Made by a program: the position numbers and the translations under genes. The notes beneath the pieces were generated by a model, which did not search any database, was not told the DNA's origin, and saw nothing but the letters and a program-made list of their open reading frames with translations. A stretch of 64,000 bases of DNA from IMG/VR virus record IMGVR_UViG_3300035208_001807, positions 1 through 64,000 of that record; one strand, 5' to 3'. Numbering within the stretch: the stretch's first letter is position 1; each line of letters begins with the position of its first letter. Source of the stretch: a virus. Taxonomy: Duplodnaviria > Caudoviricetes. Shown here piece after piece: positions 39,013-49,380 of the stretch.

Positions 39013-39327
39013 ATGAGCAATACATCAGCACCGACGGATGCCAATCGTGACACGCTGGACAAGAAGCACTACGTTGTGCAACCTGTCGATGATACGCGTG
39101 TGCAGGTTGTCTACAAGAACTGGTGTTCTTGGTATGTCTACAAGAACCTGGATAGCGCTGGTAAGGCGCATCCGAAGGCTGGGAAGTCCATGTGGAATCC
39201 CACTACGCACGAGCGCTTGACGCTCAGGCACCCCAACCGCATGTTGATGATGGGTTATAAGTTGACCCGTCGCTTCATGCCGAAGGTGCCCAAGGCTCAG
39301 CTCACACTTCCTGGTATGACAGCCTAA
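39013..39327 (+). CDS. Hypothetical protein
   Basis: GGAGG RBS. Confidence 0.5.
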   Translation: MSNTSAPTDANRDTLDKKHYVVQPVDDTRVQVVYKNWCSWYVYKNLDSAGKAHPKAGKSMWNPTTHERLTLRHPNRMLMMGYKLTRRFMPKVPKAQLTLPGMTA

Positions 39328-39440
39328 GAACTCGCTGTAATATCCCCAGGGTAATCCCGAGCTACTGCGGTTAGGCCCTCGACACATGGGGAGATGGCGG
39401 ATATGATGTCGTACTCCGCCTGCCTTTCAAAGGATCATCC

Positions 39441-39689
39441 ATGTCAGCAGAAGACTACCTGAAGCTGCTCCGTCAGGTTGTGACCCATCCTGCAATTAAT
39501 GCTTTAGGAACTAATTGGCAGGATAAGGCGCAGCGCATCTGCGACTGGAATGATTCTAAGTCTGCTGAGGTTCTTGTGAACCAGCAGTTTGAAGTCATCC
39601 GTAATAATACTACGGGTGATAACTTGACCTATGCCATGTTGGATTGGTGCGATAAAGTCAGGCGCCTAAAGGGATTACCTAAGCCTTAG
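39441..39689 (+). CDS. Hypothetical protein
   Basis: AAGGA RBS. Confidence 0.45.
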   Translation: MSAEDYLKLLRQVVTHPAINALGTNWQDKAQRICDWNDSKSAEVLVNQQFEVIRNNTTGDNLTYAMLDWCDKVRRLKGLPKP

Positions 39690-39698
39690 GAGTTTCCT

Positions 39699-39980
39699 AT
39701 GGAACTAGACCTCAAAGAGCGCATCATTAAGGCTCTGACAGAACTTAAAGATGATGCTCCTGGGAGCTGCCGTACCAAGGCTTGTCCTCATTTCATTGTG
39801 TCACGTCAAGGGCCAGATTGGTATGAGATACATACTGGTCGCTTTACGTACTTGGGCTCTTATTATCAGTGCTCAAGGGCTCTTGATGCCATGATTGAGC
39901 ATGAGGCCGAGATGGTTCATCAGCCTCGGACTTGGGAACAGTGGGTTGTGCCCAAGAGCGGTGTACCCTCAAACAGTTAG
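39699..39980 (+). CDS. Hypothetical protein
   Basis: AGGAG RBS. Confidence 0.45.
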   Translation: MELDLKERIIKALTELKDDAPGSCRTKACPHFIVSRQGPDWYEIHTGRFTYLGSYYQCSRALDAMIEHEAEMVHQPRTWEQWVVPKSGVPSNS

Positions 39981-40513
39981 GAGATACCATGCCTGAACCT
40001 GCTGTCAATCAGATGGCTGTTGAACTCGTGAAGATGGGGTTACCTTATCCTATCTATCTTGAGATCAATGGTATGGCTGGGGATCCTGTGTCCAGAATGG
40101 CCAGGCTGCTTGGCTCTTCCTACTACAAGCATCATGAGAAGGCTTCGCAGTTGCCTTTCTGCCTTTTCGTTAATGCGCAGAAGGAATCTGATGGGTGCTG
40201 GGAAGTCTGGCGCCTCCAGGATGGTTGTGCACATCTCATCCGGCGCTCATATGTTCCTGGTCGTGTGGGCAATATCAAAGGGGGAAGCCTTGGGCCTCCC
40301 TTCTGAAGATAATATCCCTCTGTCAGATGAACAAGGGGATGTTGACTGCGAGATCCACGATCTCATCTTCGACGACCATTGTGGATGTAACGTCTGTGTC
40401 CATTGTGGCTATCATGAAGGCCTAGCCCGTTGTTTCTGTGGCTGGGCCATAGATGGTGGCAATGGTAGAACTCAGCTCGAAGAACTTGGCGAGCAGATAG
40501 ACGATGACTACTA

Positions 40514-40969
40514 ATGAAGATACTCTTTATAGACTTTGATGGCGTTATCGTCCATTCAAAGTATGAGCATGGGCGGGATGTGGATCCTGCCTGTCTTGCA
40601 CGGGTGCGTCGCATCTGCAAGGAATCTGGTGCTCAGGTTGTTATCCATTCAACATGGGTATATCTTCACACGCCTGAAGAACTGAAGGGTTATGTCTCTG
40701 GCTTGGCTGAACATCTGCATCCTGACTTTGTGGCAAAGTTGTCAGCTGGCCGTGGTCTCGATGCTGGCAAGATAGAAGCCATTCAAGAGTGGCTTGACGC
40801 ACATCCTAGAGTGGAGTATTATGCCATTCTAGAGGACGAGATGATCGGTGACATGAAGAAGTACCCCATAGTCTGGATACCAGGTGGTTTCTACAGACAA
40901 GGGATTCAGCATCATCATGCGACGATAGCTGTGAGGGTGTTGAACGGAGAGATGGTGGTGAATAGATGA
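40514..40969 (+). CDS. HAD-domain protein (Swiss Army Knife RNA-repair type)
   Basis: ILFIDFDGV...VVIHSTW...YAILED. Confidence 0.75.
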   Translation: MKILFIDFDGVIVHSKYEHGRDVDPACLARVRRICKESGAQVVIHSTWVYLHTPEELKGYVSGLAEHLHPDFVAKLSAGRGLDAGKIEAIQEWLDAHPRVEYYAILEDEMIGDMKKYPIVWIPGGFYRQGIQHHHATIAVRVLNGEMVVNR

Positions 40970-41142
40970 GTAAAATACCTTTATCATTAAAAGATTGCTC
41001 AGATGAGCAATTAGAGTATTTGATGCTTGATGATCCTATCCATTTCGGCCATACCTTGGATCCTTATCCTGGAGTACGGCTGTTATTGGCGCTTTATAAG
41101 AGGCTTCAGGGTGAACTGGAGAAGTGGAGCAAGGGAGAATAA
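40966..41142 (+). CDS. AT-rich 58-aa protein between direct repeats
   Basis: Translated by hand (MSKIPLSLKDCSDEQLEY...). Confidence 0.5.
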   Translation: MSKIPLSLKDCSDEQLEYLMLDDPIHFGHTLDPYPGVRLLLALYKRLQGELEKWSKGE

Positions 41143-41177
41143 TATGCTGAGGGTGTTGAACGGAGAGCTGGTGGACT

Positions 41178-41543
41178 ATGAGAAGCCTGCTGATTGATGA
41201 TGTCCGGCAACCGCTAGACTACAAGACTAGCATTGCTCGGGATACCAAGGCTGGCTGTGCTCTTGTTGAGCATGGTGGCCCATGGGATATACTGCTCCTT
41301 GACCATGATCTTGGTCCTGGTGGCTGTGGCCAGACTATTGTCGATCTTCTTGAGAAGATGGATGCCACGGACAGACCTGACATGGTTGTCATTGTCAGCA
41401 TGAATCCTGTTGGTGTTGAGAATATGGCCCGTGTCCTCAAGAAGCTTTACTACTTCGAGGCGGGCAACCGCACGTTCTCTATCTCAGAGGAGAAGTTCAA
41501 GACCTATGAGGATGGAGAACATCTCATTGGTGTCAGGAGCTAA
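41178..41543 (+). CDS. Cyclic-phosphate processing receiver-domain protein
   Basis: LLIDDVR...LLDHDLG...VSMNPVG. Confidence 0.75.
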   Translation: MRSLLIDDVRQPLDYKTSIARDTKAGCALVEHGGPWDILLLDHDLGPGGCGQTIVDLLEKMDATDRPDMVVIVSMNPVGVENMARVLKKLYYFEAGNRTFSISEEKFKTYEDGEHLIGVRS

Positions 41544-41913
41544 CATGCCTCCACAATGCCGCAAATGCTTCTGCCACCATCTCTCTACTGATCCCTGCCG
41601 ACAATTCTGCCCTATGACGGATGAGCAGCTCATCCTTGTACTACAGAATGTTGTAGTTGGAGAGTATGTTGATTCGGCTGTTGCTGCTTGGGCTCTTGCT
41701 ACGGTCCAGCGCAGAAAGGATGTTAGCCATGCCAAAGTCTAAGACACTTTATGGTCGGCTAGTTCCTGGTGCGTCAGCACCTGGGGCTGAACGGCCGATT
41801 CCTGTTGGTATTCGTGCCAAACTGGATGCCCTATTGAAGCGGGCATTCATGTCAGAGACTAAGTTCAAGGCTAGCCTCATGAAGAGGCGCCCGGAACTAT
41901 TCAAGGAGACGAA

Positions 41914-42147
41914 ATGAAGGGTATAACTGCGGCTTTGATGTGGTTCGTCTGTGTTCTGCTCTTCATGACCTTCAACATCTTTGTTGGAGGTTTCTGTGTC
42001 GAGTATGTCATCGAACATTGGGCATCCTATCTTAAGGGTGTCCCTGTGGATGTTGCCTTCTGGAAATGCTGTATCGCCGGCTTGTTCTTAGGCGAGATCG
42101 CAGTTCCGTTGGCAATCTTGACATGGATCGTAATGCTTATTCTGTGA
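41914..42147 (+). CDS. Small membrane protein
   Basis: Two hydrophobic helices. Confidence 0.5.
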   Translation: MKGITAALMWFVCVLLFMTFNIFVGGFCVEYVIEHWASYLKGVPVDVAFWKCCIAGLFLGEIAVPLAILTWIVMLIL

Positions 42148-42484
42148 GGGGTAGCATGAGATACTTGAAATTCATCTTCCTACTCTGTATAGTATGGCAT
42201 TGGCAGTACTGTAAGGATGCTAAGGAATTGGGAACTGCGCTGCGCTCAGTACAGGAACAAAGTCCCATTGAACTGAAGGTAGTTGTTGATCCACTACATT
42301 GTGACTTATGTACGAATAGTTACATTGTCTTGTGGTCAACGGAGTGTCCGCCTAAAGCGGCGCCGGCTCCAACACCACTTCCAAAGCCTACTCCCGATTG
42401 GCGTGTGATGCCGAAGAAGTATAGGACACCGAATCCGCATTGGCATCCAGGAGATCCTACTCCAGCTCCTAAGTAAGGTTTTAG

Positions 42485-43084
42485 ATGATCCGCTTCATAG
42501 GTGATGTCCATGGCAAAATCGCTGACTACCGCATGGTACGAAAAGCAGCTACGTGCTCAATTCAAGTTGGGGATATGGGAATTGGGTTCGTTAGGAATCC
42601 TGCACTTATTGCTGATGGTCACATGTTTATACGTGGGAATCACGATAATCCTGCGGAATGCAGGGCCCGAGCAGACCATCTTGGGGAGTATGGTATTACT
42701 ACTCTCGGTTCTATTTGGGTATTTTATGTGGCGGGCGGCTACTCTCGTGATCAGGATATGCGGACACTTGGCCGAGACTACTGGTCAGACGAAGAGATCT
42801 CATACCAAGAGCTCCAGAAAGCTATTGACCTCTACGCCGAAGAGAAGCCGAAGGTCGTTGTCTCACACGAAGCACCCATATCGACAGTCCACGCAATGGG
42901 TTTTAGGGCTGACTCAACACGGACAAATGAGGCACTAGAAGCGATGCTTAAGATCCACCAGCCTCAGTATTGGATCTATGGGCATTACCATTTAGACTTC
43001 CGTGAGCAGTTAGGCAAGACCATGTTTATTGGGCTTGCTGAGTTGTCACACTTCGACTTGAAGAAAACAGATGTGAAGGAGTAG
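42485..43084 (+). CDS. Calcineurin-like metallophosphoesterase
   Basis: GDVHG, GDMG, GNHD, SHEAP, GHYH. Confidence 0.85.
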   Translation: MIRFIGDVHGKIADYRMVRKAATCSIQVGDMGIGFVRNPALIADGHMFIRGNHDNPAECRARADHLGEYGITTLGSIWVFYVAGGYSRDQDMRTLGRDYWSDEEISYQELQKAIDLYAEEKPKVVVSHEAPISTVHAMGFRADSTRTNEALEAMLKIHQPQYWIYGHYHLDFREQLGKTMFIGLAELSHFDLKKTDVKE

Positions 43085-43781
43085 TTATGAAGACGAAGAA
43101 GATCCTTGGTGTCTCAGTGTCTTTACCTGAGAACGCTAACGATACCCAGGAGCTGGGCGAGAAGGCTGGCGCAAAGGTTGTTGGCGCCGGAGTTGCTGCG
43201 GGCAGCTTTGTTTATGGCCTTGGTAAGGGCCTGTTCAATGCTGTGGCGGACAAGCTCAAGAAGGATTTGCCCCCGCCTACAACTCCCACTACCTAATGGA
43301 GAATCCGCTTAAGGGTTTCCATGTTGCGAGTGTTCAAATCGAATGCTCTATCATTCCTATTACTGGTAACGTACGAGCCGAGTTTATGGAGGATGGTAGT
43401 CTAGTCCTCCATAACTTGGATACTCAGGAGCGATCATGTATCCCTATGGACTTGCTGAAGGGGATAACTTTCGAGACTGGGGACGCTCTTGCTCTGCGCC
43501 TGAAGGCGGAGAGATCAGAGAAGGCAACTTCTATGATCAAGCATCAGACCAGTTAAGGTATCAGTTTCGTGTTGTTGTGATCTACGATTGGAATCCCCTC
43601 CGTACTATCAACAATTCCCAACTCCGCGTATATGCTCAGATGTTCTCTAACAAGACAGGTGAAGCTTGGTTCGTCTGGTCAGAAGACGAGATAGATCAAG
43701 CGTTTGCTTTCTGCGATCGGATCAACGATTCGTGGTGGCATATGCGTTGTCGTGAGAACATAAAGGTACGAGGGAGTTTAC

Positions 43782-44144
43782 ATGGACGCAACCGTCATAA
43801 GTCACAAGTTGATAATAGCGGGCAGCCGTGACATCTGGGATATGCAGCAGGTCATTCAGGCCATCAAGGACTCAGGCTTCATCGTGAGTGAAGTTGTGAG
43901 TGGCGGAGCCCGAGGCGTTGATAGGCTTGGCGAGGACTGGGCCAAGATCAACAAGGTTCCCGTTACAAGATTTCTTGCTGACTGGAATAAGTACGGCAAG
44001 CGTGCAGGATATGTCCGCAATGCTGTCATGGCATCATATGGAACGGCTCTTGTAGCTGTTTGGGACGGATGTTCCAAGGGTACGAAGCACATGATCGATT
44101 TGGCTGCCGCGAAAGGCTTGCCAGTTCATATTCGTATCGTGTAG
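43782..44144 (+). CDS. SLOG/YspA-like (DUF2493) protein
   Basis: IIAGSR...VSGGARGVD...RNAVM...WDGCSKGT. Confidence 0.8.
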   Translation: MDATVISHKLIIAGSRDIWDMQQVIQAIKDSGFIVSEVVSGGARGVDRLGEDWAKINKVPVTRFLADWNKYGKRAGYVRNAVMASYGTALVAVWDGCSKGTKHMIDLAAAKGLPVHIRIV

Positions 44145-44202
44145 TTGACTGCAGTTAACCTGAGCGATCGGGTAACTAATTCTCTTACGGAGGTAGTACA
44201 AC

Positions 44203-44631
44203 ATGCAGAAGATGCGTGGGTTTCAAATTCAGGCCGATGCCAGGTTGACCAAGGATCCTGAGCTGCGTTACACGAAGGGCGCCAAGCCCGTGTGCAACGT
44301 GCGCTTGTGCGCGACGTATGCGTACAAGGGCCAGGACCAGCAGTTCAAGGAGAAGCCTTCTTACTTGAACGGCGTCATCTGGGGCCCCAGGGCTGAGAAG
44401 CAGGCGGAGACCCTCAAGAAGGGTTGCCTGGTCTCGGTCGAAGGTCGTCTCCAGAGCCGCTCCTGGAAGAACAAGGACAACGCGACGCGTTCTACGGTGG
44501 ATTTCATCATCACCGGGATCACCTTGCGCAGCTTTGCGAAGGATACCCCGCTTCCTGAGGGTGACGTGCCCGAAGTGGATGCGGAAGAGCCGGTGGCTGA
44601 GCTGCCGGAAGGCGAAGAGAGCGCCACGTAG
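44203..44631 (+). CDS. ssb: Single-stranded DNA-binding protein
   Basis: RLTKDPELRYT...LKKG..VSVEGRLQSRSW; acidic tail. Confidence 0.85.
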   Translation: MQKMRGFQIQADARLTKDPELRYTKGAKPVCNVRLCATYAYKGQDQQFKEKPSYLNGVIWGPRAEKQAETLKKGCLVSVEGRLQSRSWKNKDNATRSTVDFIITGITLRSFAKDTPLPEGDVPEVDAEEPVAELPEGEESAT

Positions 44632-44707
44632 TAACTCTTGTAGGGAAGCTTGCAGCCTGATTAACTGCTCGTAGGGCGGATGTCACTCCAAGGGCGTCCG
44701 CCCAATT

Positions 44708-44973
44708 CCCTTCTAGTAAAGGTGAGTATGGAAATCCATAAAGTTGCCATTCGACCTAACGGTATTGTTGAATTCATCTACTCAGATGGATTACGCAAGG
44801 TACTGTCAGAGGGTAGGAGTGAGATCTTTAGGGCTTCCCATGTTGAACCTGATGAGAAGTCGCTGTGGTGGGCTGATATGAGCCCAGTAAAAGGGCCTAA
44901 GTTAGGGCCTTATAACACGAGAACCGATGCCCTAGAGGCTGAGGTTAAGTGGCTGGAAGTTAATTATCTCTAG
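44708..44973 (+). CDS. Hypothetical protein (RASHVEP motif)
   Basis: AAGGTG RBS; start approximate. Confidence 0.45.
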
Positions 44974-44994
44974 CCAGTCTAGAAGGGGTGCGAA

Positions 44995-45267
44995 ATGGCT
45001 GACGAGCTGAGCATTACGGGGCGGGGCCCAGACTATATCGAGTTTGGGTGGCGGTCGATCCGGTTCAGGATCAAGGGGACATGGGAAGGCGGGCGTTTTC
45101 GTATGAAGCCCGGCAAGATCTGGTCTGCCGAGACTCGCAATAGCCTTCGTTATACCGATATCCCAGGCGCCAATCTGTTGTTCCATGAAGCGTACAAGCG
45201 TACATACGATCTCATCGGTCCCAAGAAGAAAAAGAATGAGGACCAGCTGTCACTATTCGGGGGTTAG
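44995..45267 (+). CDS. Hypothetical protein ending QLSLFGG (clamp-binding-like)
   Basis: QLSLF matches the beta-clamp binding consensus. Confidence 0.5.
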   Translation: MADELSITGRGPDYIEFGWRSIRFRIKGTWEGGRFRMKPGKIWSAETRNSLRYTDIPGANLLFHEAYKRTYDLIGPKKKKNEDQLSLFGG

Positions 45268-45423
45268 TCGTGGTCGAAGCTAGTGGACATCTTTCCAACA
45301 TTGATGCTGAGAAGTACCAGCAAGAGGCTCATGAAAGAGCCATTGCTGCACTGCTCGATTCACCTGTAGATTTCTTGGCTTTGATGTCAGAGAAGTCTAC
45401 ACAATTTACGGGGGAGGACGAGA

Positions 45424-46638
45424 ATGCGGACTAAGGACTTTAAGGCGTTGTGCAGTGTTTTTGAGGTTCCGGGCCAGTATCGTAACTACTGCCGGGAACA
45501 GAGGAGTAATCCTCTGGCTTTCTCCAAGTCATATGAGGATGTCATCGACTTGGTGAACTATAGTTCCAAGAAGGCGTTGATGCTCTGGCTCATGAATGCG
45601 GCCAGGGTCTTGGAACAGCATGGCCAAGATGCCCTGCGTCATTCCTTCACTGTCAAGGCTGCCAGGAAGTTGGGTCTTCCTGAGGATCACGAGACTGTGG
45701 GAGTCGAAGCGAAGCATAAGTTCCTGAGTTTCATGCGCCATTATGACTCAGTGGTCACACAGCGCAAGTTGCCTGTGACTTGCTTGGTCTACAGCATGCG
45801 TCCCTGGAACAAGCCCGTGACCGAAGCCATCATGGCTTTGCATGCAGGCAAACAGGAGCCCGCAGAGTTCTTCCTTCACACTCTTGTGGAGGAGAAGTTC
45901 TGGCTCGAAGACGATAAGGGCAAGGCCTCTTCGTTCCTATACGAGACCGATTCCATCGAGAGCCGCGATGCGGCTGTCAAGAACTTGTCCATGATCTCGG
46001 ATGTTACCGAGAAAGCAGCTCAGTTACTGGAGCTCGGACTCCCTAAGGAAGAGACTCTCGACTTCCTGGAGAACATGGAATTCCGTCAGATGCCCAAGTT
46101 GCCTGAGTTCATTGGGCTCTCGCCGTTCTTCTTGAAGGAACGGGTTCAGCCAGCACCTCTGGTGCCTTCCAAGGCGAAGTTCCCGAAGACAACCATTGCC
46201 GATCCTCTGGAGCGTGAGGCATTCGAACGCTCTCTGGGAAAGGTTGAGTGGGTTGGTGGGGAGCATTGCGAATTCGGAATGCTGCTCGATGTCGAAGGCC
46301 GTATGATCGCCCAGAAGTTCTGGGACGACGAGCTTCGTGATCCTTCCAAGGACGAGTTGGATGTGGTTAATGACCTCAGCCATTCGCCTCGGCAGGAGCG
46401 GGTTGAGGAACGCTCGATGGAGCGTGCTCACAACAAGCGTTCGAAGCAGACCGCAGACCAACAGGCTCGTAAGACTGAGCGTCTGGTTCTTTCCAAGACA
46501 GACCCGGCGGCCTATGCTGCCCTGTGCAAGACCATCTACGCTTCGCTGAAGGAAAAGGCGAAGGAGTTAGCTGTGAAGGGCATTTGCGTGGACGTGAACT
46601 TCCTTGCTCGCAAGGAAGGGATAGTCCCTCCGCATTAG
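45424..46638 (+). CDS. Hypothetical protein (404 aa)
   Basis: GGAGG RBS. Confidence 0.55.
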   Translation: MRTKDFKALCSVFEVPGQYRNYCREQRSNPLAFSKSYEDVIDLVNYSSKKALMLWLMNAARVLEQHGQDALRHSFTVKAARKLGLPEDHETVGVEAKHKFLSFMRHYDSVVTQRKLPVTCLVYSMRPWNKPVTEAIMALHAGKQEPAEFFLHTLVEEKFWLEDDKGKASSFLYETDSIESRDAAVKNLSMISDVTEKAAQLLELGLPKEETLDFLENMEFRQMPKLPEFIGLSPFFLKERVQPAPLVPSKAKFPKTTIADPLEREAFERSLGKVEWVGGEHCEFGMLLDVEGRMIAQKFWDDELRDPSKDELDVVNDLSHSPRQERVEERSMERAHNKRSKQTADQQARKTERLVLSKTDPAAYAALCKTIYASLKEKAKELAVKGICVDVNFLARKEGIVPPH

Positions 46639-46671
46639 TTGAGGCACCGACGGGTAACCCGTCGAAGAGAA

Positions 46672-46744
46672 CGCGCGTTAGAGTAGCGGTTACTCAGCAG
46701 GCTCATACCCTGCGCAGCCGGTTCAACTCCGGAACGCGCAACCA
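46672..46744 (+). tRNA. tRNA-Met(CAT), initiator-like
   Basis: Cloverleaf, GCAGG-CTCATAC-CCTGC, C1:A72 mismatch, ACCA end. Confidence 0.8.
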
Positions 46745-46750
46745 ACATTT

Positions 46751-46783
46751 GTGGAGGTGGTTCGAATCTACCCCCTGCAACCA
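46751..46783 (+). pseudogene. Orphan tRNA 3' half
   Basis: GGTGG-TTCGAAT-CTACC-CCCTGCA-ACCA with no 5' half found. Confidence 0.65.
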
Positions 46784-46800
46784 ATTTTAGGAGCTAGAAC

Positions 46801-47598
46801 TTGGAATACCGTAATACAACTCCATATAATGTCGAAGACCCGAAGCAGTTCATCGATATGCTTCGGACTCAGCTTGAGAGTTATCTCACTGAGTATAAGT
46901 TGGAGTCTTGTGTTCTTGGTGTTAGTGGCGGGCTTGATTCTGCCCTTGTGGCTGCAATAGCAGCTCCTATCTGTAAGAAGTTGCATGTTCAGTTCATCTG
47001 CGCCTCTCTTCCTTCTGCTACTAACAAGCCTGATGAAGTTGATCGGGCGAGTCGCACCCTTGCCTTTGGTAGTTCTGCCATCATCCGTCTCATTGACGAA
47101 GACCTTGTTTCGATTCCCTACATCTCTGCTCATCCTGATAAGCAGGAGAAGATCCGCCTTGGTAATGTCAAGGCTCGTGTCCGCATGATCCTTCTTTATG
47201 ATCTAGCTGGTCATTATAAGGGGATTGTTCTTGGTACAGATAACTGGACCGAGAAGCAGCTTGGCTTCTGGACACTTCATGGCGATGTGGGTGACTTCAA
47301 TCTTATTCAGAATGTCACTAAGTCTGATGTCTATATCCTAGCTCAATGGCTTGCTGACCATGAGTTAACTGATGGTCTTAAGCAGGTCATGCTAGATACC
47401 ATCGCAGCTACTCCGACAGATGGACTAGGAATCACTAGTTCAGATCTTGAACAGATCGGTGCCTCTTCCTATCAGGAAGTGGATCGAATTCTATTGGGTT
47501 TCTTTCAGGGGCAGTGTGCAGACCCTGGTCACCCAGTGATTCAACGCCATGAGCGCACGCATTTCAAGCGGGCGAATCCTAAGAATGTGGGAGACTAA
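46801..47598 (+). CDS. nadE: NH3-dependent NAD synthetase
   Basis: GVSGGLDS, GNVKARVRM, GTDN, HGD, PTDGL. Confidence 0.92.
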   Translation: MEYRNTTPYNVEDPKQFIDMLRTQLESYLTEYKLESCVLGVSGGLDSALVAAIAAPICKKLHVQFICASLPSATNKPDEVDRASRTLAFGSSAIIRLIDEDLVSIPYISAHPDKQEKIRLGNVKARVRMILLYDLAGHYKGIVLGTDNWTEKQLGFWTLHGDVGDFNLIQNVTKSDVYILAQWLADHELTDGLKQVMLDTIAATPTDGLGITSSDLEQIGASSYQEVDRILLGFFQGQCADPGHPVIQRHERTHFKRANPKNVGD

Positions 47599-47599
47599 C

Positions 47600-48220
47600 A
47601 TGATCGTCAGTATGGATGTCGATGCTCAGCGTGGTTTTACTCCACTTTGTCCTAATGAGCTGCCCGTGGCAGATGGGGACAAGATTGTGGATGCCCTGAA
47701 CGCTCAGGCAAAGCTTGCCCAGGCACGAGTTGGTTCCAAGGATGCACATCCTCAGGATGCTCGTTGGACCAGAGAGACCCCCTTTACTCCTGTGAAGGAT
47801 TCGGCCAATGTTGATCTCTGCTGGCCTCGCCATTGCGTAGTGGGAACTGAGGGCAATAAGCTTCTGCCTGGCCTTCCCAATGTCATTGACTATGATTTCT
47901 TCGTCTTCAAGGGCTGCGAGCCTGACCTCCATCCCTATGGGGCTTGTTATCATGACCTGAAGGATACTCTCTCTACGGGTCTGATCGAGTACCTTAAAGG
48001 TATCGGGACCAAGACTGTCATTGTTGGTGGTCTAGCTACCGATTACTGCGTGAAGACAACTGCTCTTCAGCTTAAGCGAGCCAAGTTCGATGTTATCTTG
48101 AACTTGGAGGCTTGCCGCGGTGTTGCCCCTGAATCTTCTGATAAGGCTATCGAAGAGATGATAACAGCCGGGATCAAGGTTGTTGCCAAGACTAGTGATA
48201 TCAAGGAACTGCTCAAATGA
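47600..48220 (+). CDS. pncA: Nicotinamidase
   Basis: VDAQRGF, KDAH, WPRHC, GLATDYCV. Confidence 0.9.
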   Translation: MIVSMDVDAQRGFTPLCPNELPVADGDKIVDALNAQAKLAQARVGSKDAHPQDARWTRETPFTPVKDSANVDLCWPRHCVVGTEGNKLLPGLPNVIDYDFFVFKGCEPDLHPYGACYHDLKDTLSTGLIEYLKGIGTKTVIVGGLATDYCVKTTALQLKRAKFDVILNLEACRGVAPESSDKAIEEMITAGIKVVAKTSDIKELLK

Positions 48221-49380
48221 TCAAGTCTCTTCTCGATAACGACCTTTATAAACTCACCATGATGCAGGCTGTGTGGGCGAAGTTCCACAAGGCTCAGGCC
48301 GTGTATGAGTTTAAGTGCCGGACCAAGGGTGTGGTCTGGACTAAGGAGCAGTTCGAGAAGCTTGGCGAGAACTTTGCCTGCTTGCAGGGCCTTAAGGCTA
48401 CAACGGCAGAGCTGGACTACTTGTATGAAACCGGCCTTTTCAAGGACGAGTTCATCGTTTTCTTGCATGGCTTCGAGCTGGGTATCGAAAGCCTCGGGCT
48501 TGGATGGGATGAGAAGACAGGCGAGCTGGACTTGTCTATCTGTGGTTCTTGGCTGGACACCATCCTTCTTGAGGTTCCAGTCCTTGCCATCATCAACCAG
48601 ACCTATTTCCAGACTAAGAATAACACCGAGGGCATTTCTCGCATGAATGCCAAGATCGAAATGCTTGAGAAGTTGAGTGATCCTACCTTCAAGTTTGTGG
48701 ACTTTGGTACCCGGCGCCGCTACTCTCGTGAGTGGCAGGAGCGTATCGTCAAGGCCTTGAAACAATTCGCTCCCACCAACTTTGTTGGTACCTCGAATGT
48801 CAAGCTTGCCATGGATCACAATCTTCCTTGTGTGGGGACCATGGCTCATGAATGGATCATGGCCGGGCAAGGGATGTGCTGTGCACCCCGTCTAGCTCAG
48901 CGTGTCATGCTGGACAAGTGGGCTGAGGTTTATAAGGGCAAGCTGGGCATCGCCCTTAGCGATACTCTTGGAACCATCAACTTCCTTAAGGATTTTGATG
49001 GCCGGCTGGCCAGGATGTATGATGGAATGCGCCAGGATAGTGGGGACCCTTATAAGTGGCTTGAATGGGTCCTTTTCCACTATAATACTCTTGGCATTGA
49101 TGCCAAGACCAAGCGAGCTGTCTTCAGTGACAATCTGTCAATTGGTACCGCGCATAATATCCATCAGGCTGTTGCTGGACGTATCCAGGACTCCTATGGA
49201 ATCGGGACCAACCTCACTAATGACTGCGGGCCTGAACCGCTCAATATCGTCATCAAAATGACGGAGTGTAACAATCACCCAGTGGTTAAGTTTAGTGATG
49301 TTCCTACTAAGGCCATGGGGGATGACTTTCAGCAGCAGTTGATGCGCAAAGAGTACGAATATCAAACTACGCTTGTCTAA
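48217..49380 (+). CDS. pncB: Nicotinate phosphoribosyltransferase
   Basis: LLDNDLYKLTM, DFGTRRR, GTMAHEW, RQDSGDP, GIGTNL. Confidence 0.92.
   Translation: MIKSLLDNDLYKLTMMQAVWAKFHKAQAVYEFKCRTKGVVWTKEQFEKLGENFACLQGLKATTAELDYLYETGLFKDEFIVFLHGFELGIESLGLGWDEKTGELDLSICGSWLDTILLEVPVLAIINQTYFQTKNNTEGISRMNAKIEMLEKLSDPTFKFVDFGTRRRYSREWQERIVKALKQFAPTNFVGTSNVKLAMDHNLPCVGTMAHEWIMAGQGMCCAPRLAQRVMLDKWAEVYKGKLGIALSDTLGTINFLKDFDGRLARMYDGMRQDSGDPYKWLEWVLFHYNTLGIDAKTKRAVFSDNLSIGTAHNIHQAVAGRIQDSYGIGTNLTNDCGPEPLNIVIKMTECNNHPVVKFSDVPTKAMGDDFQQQLMRKEYEYQTTLV

Noticed and set aside
44642-44712. Hairpins after ssb (also 39330..39425) as ncRNAs
   Set aside because: Short stems explainable as terminators or processing sites; no recognisable family.
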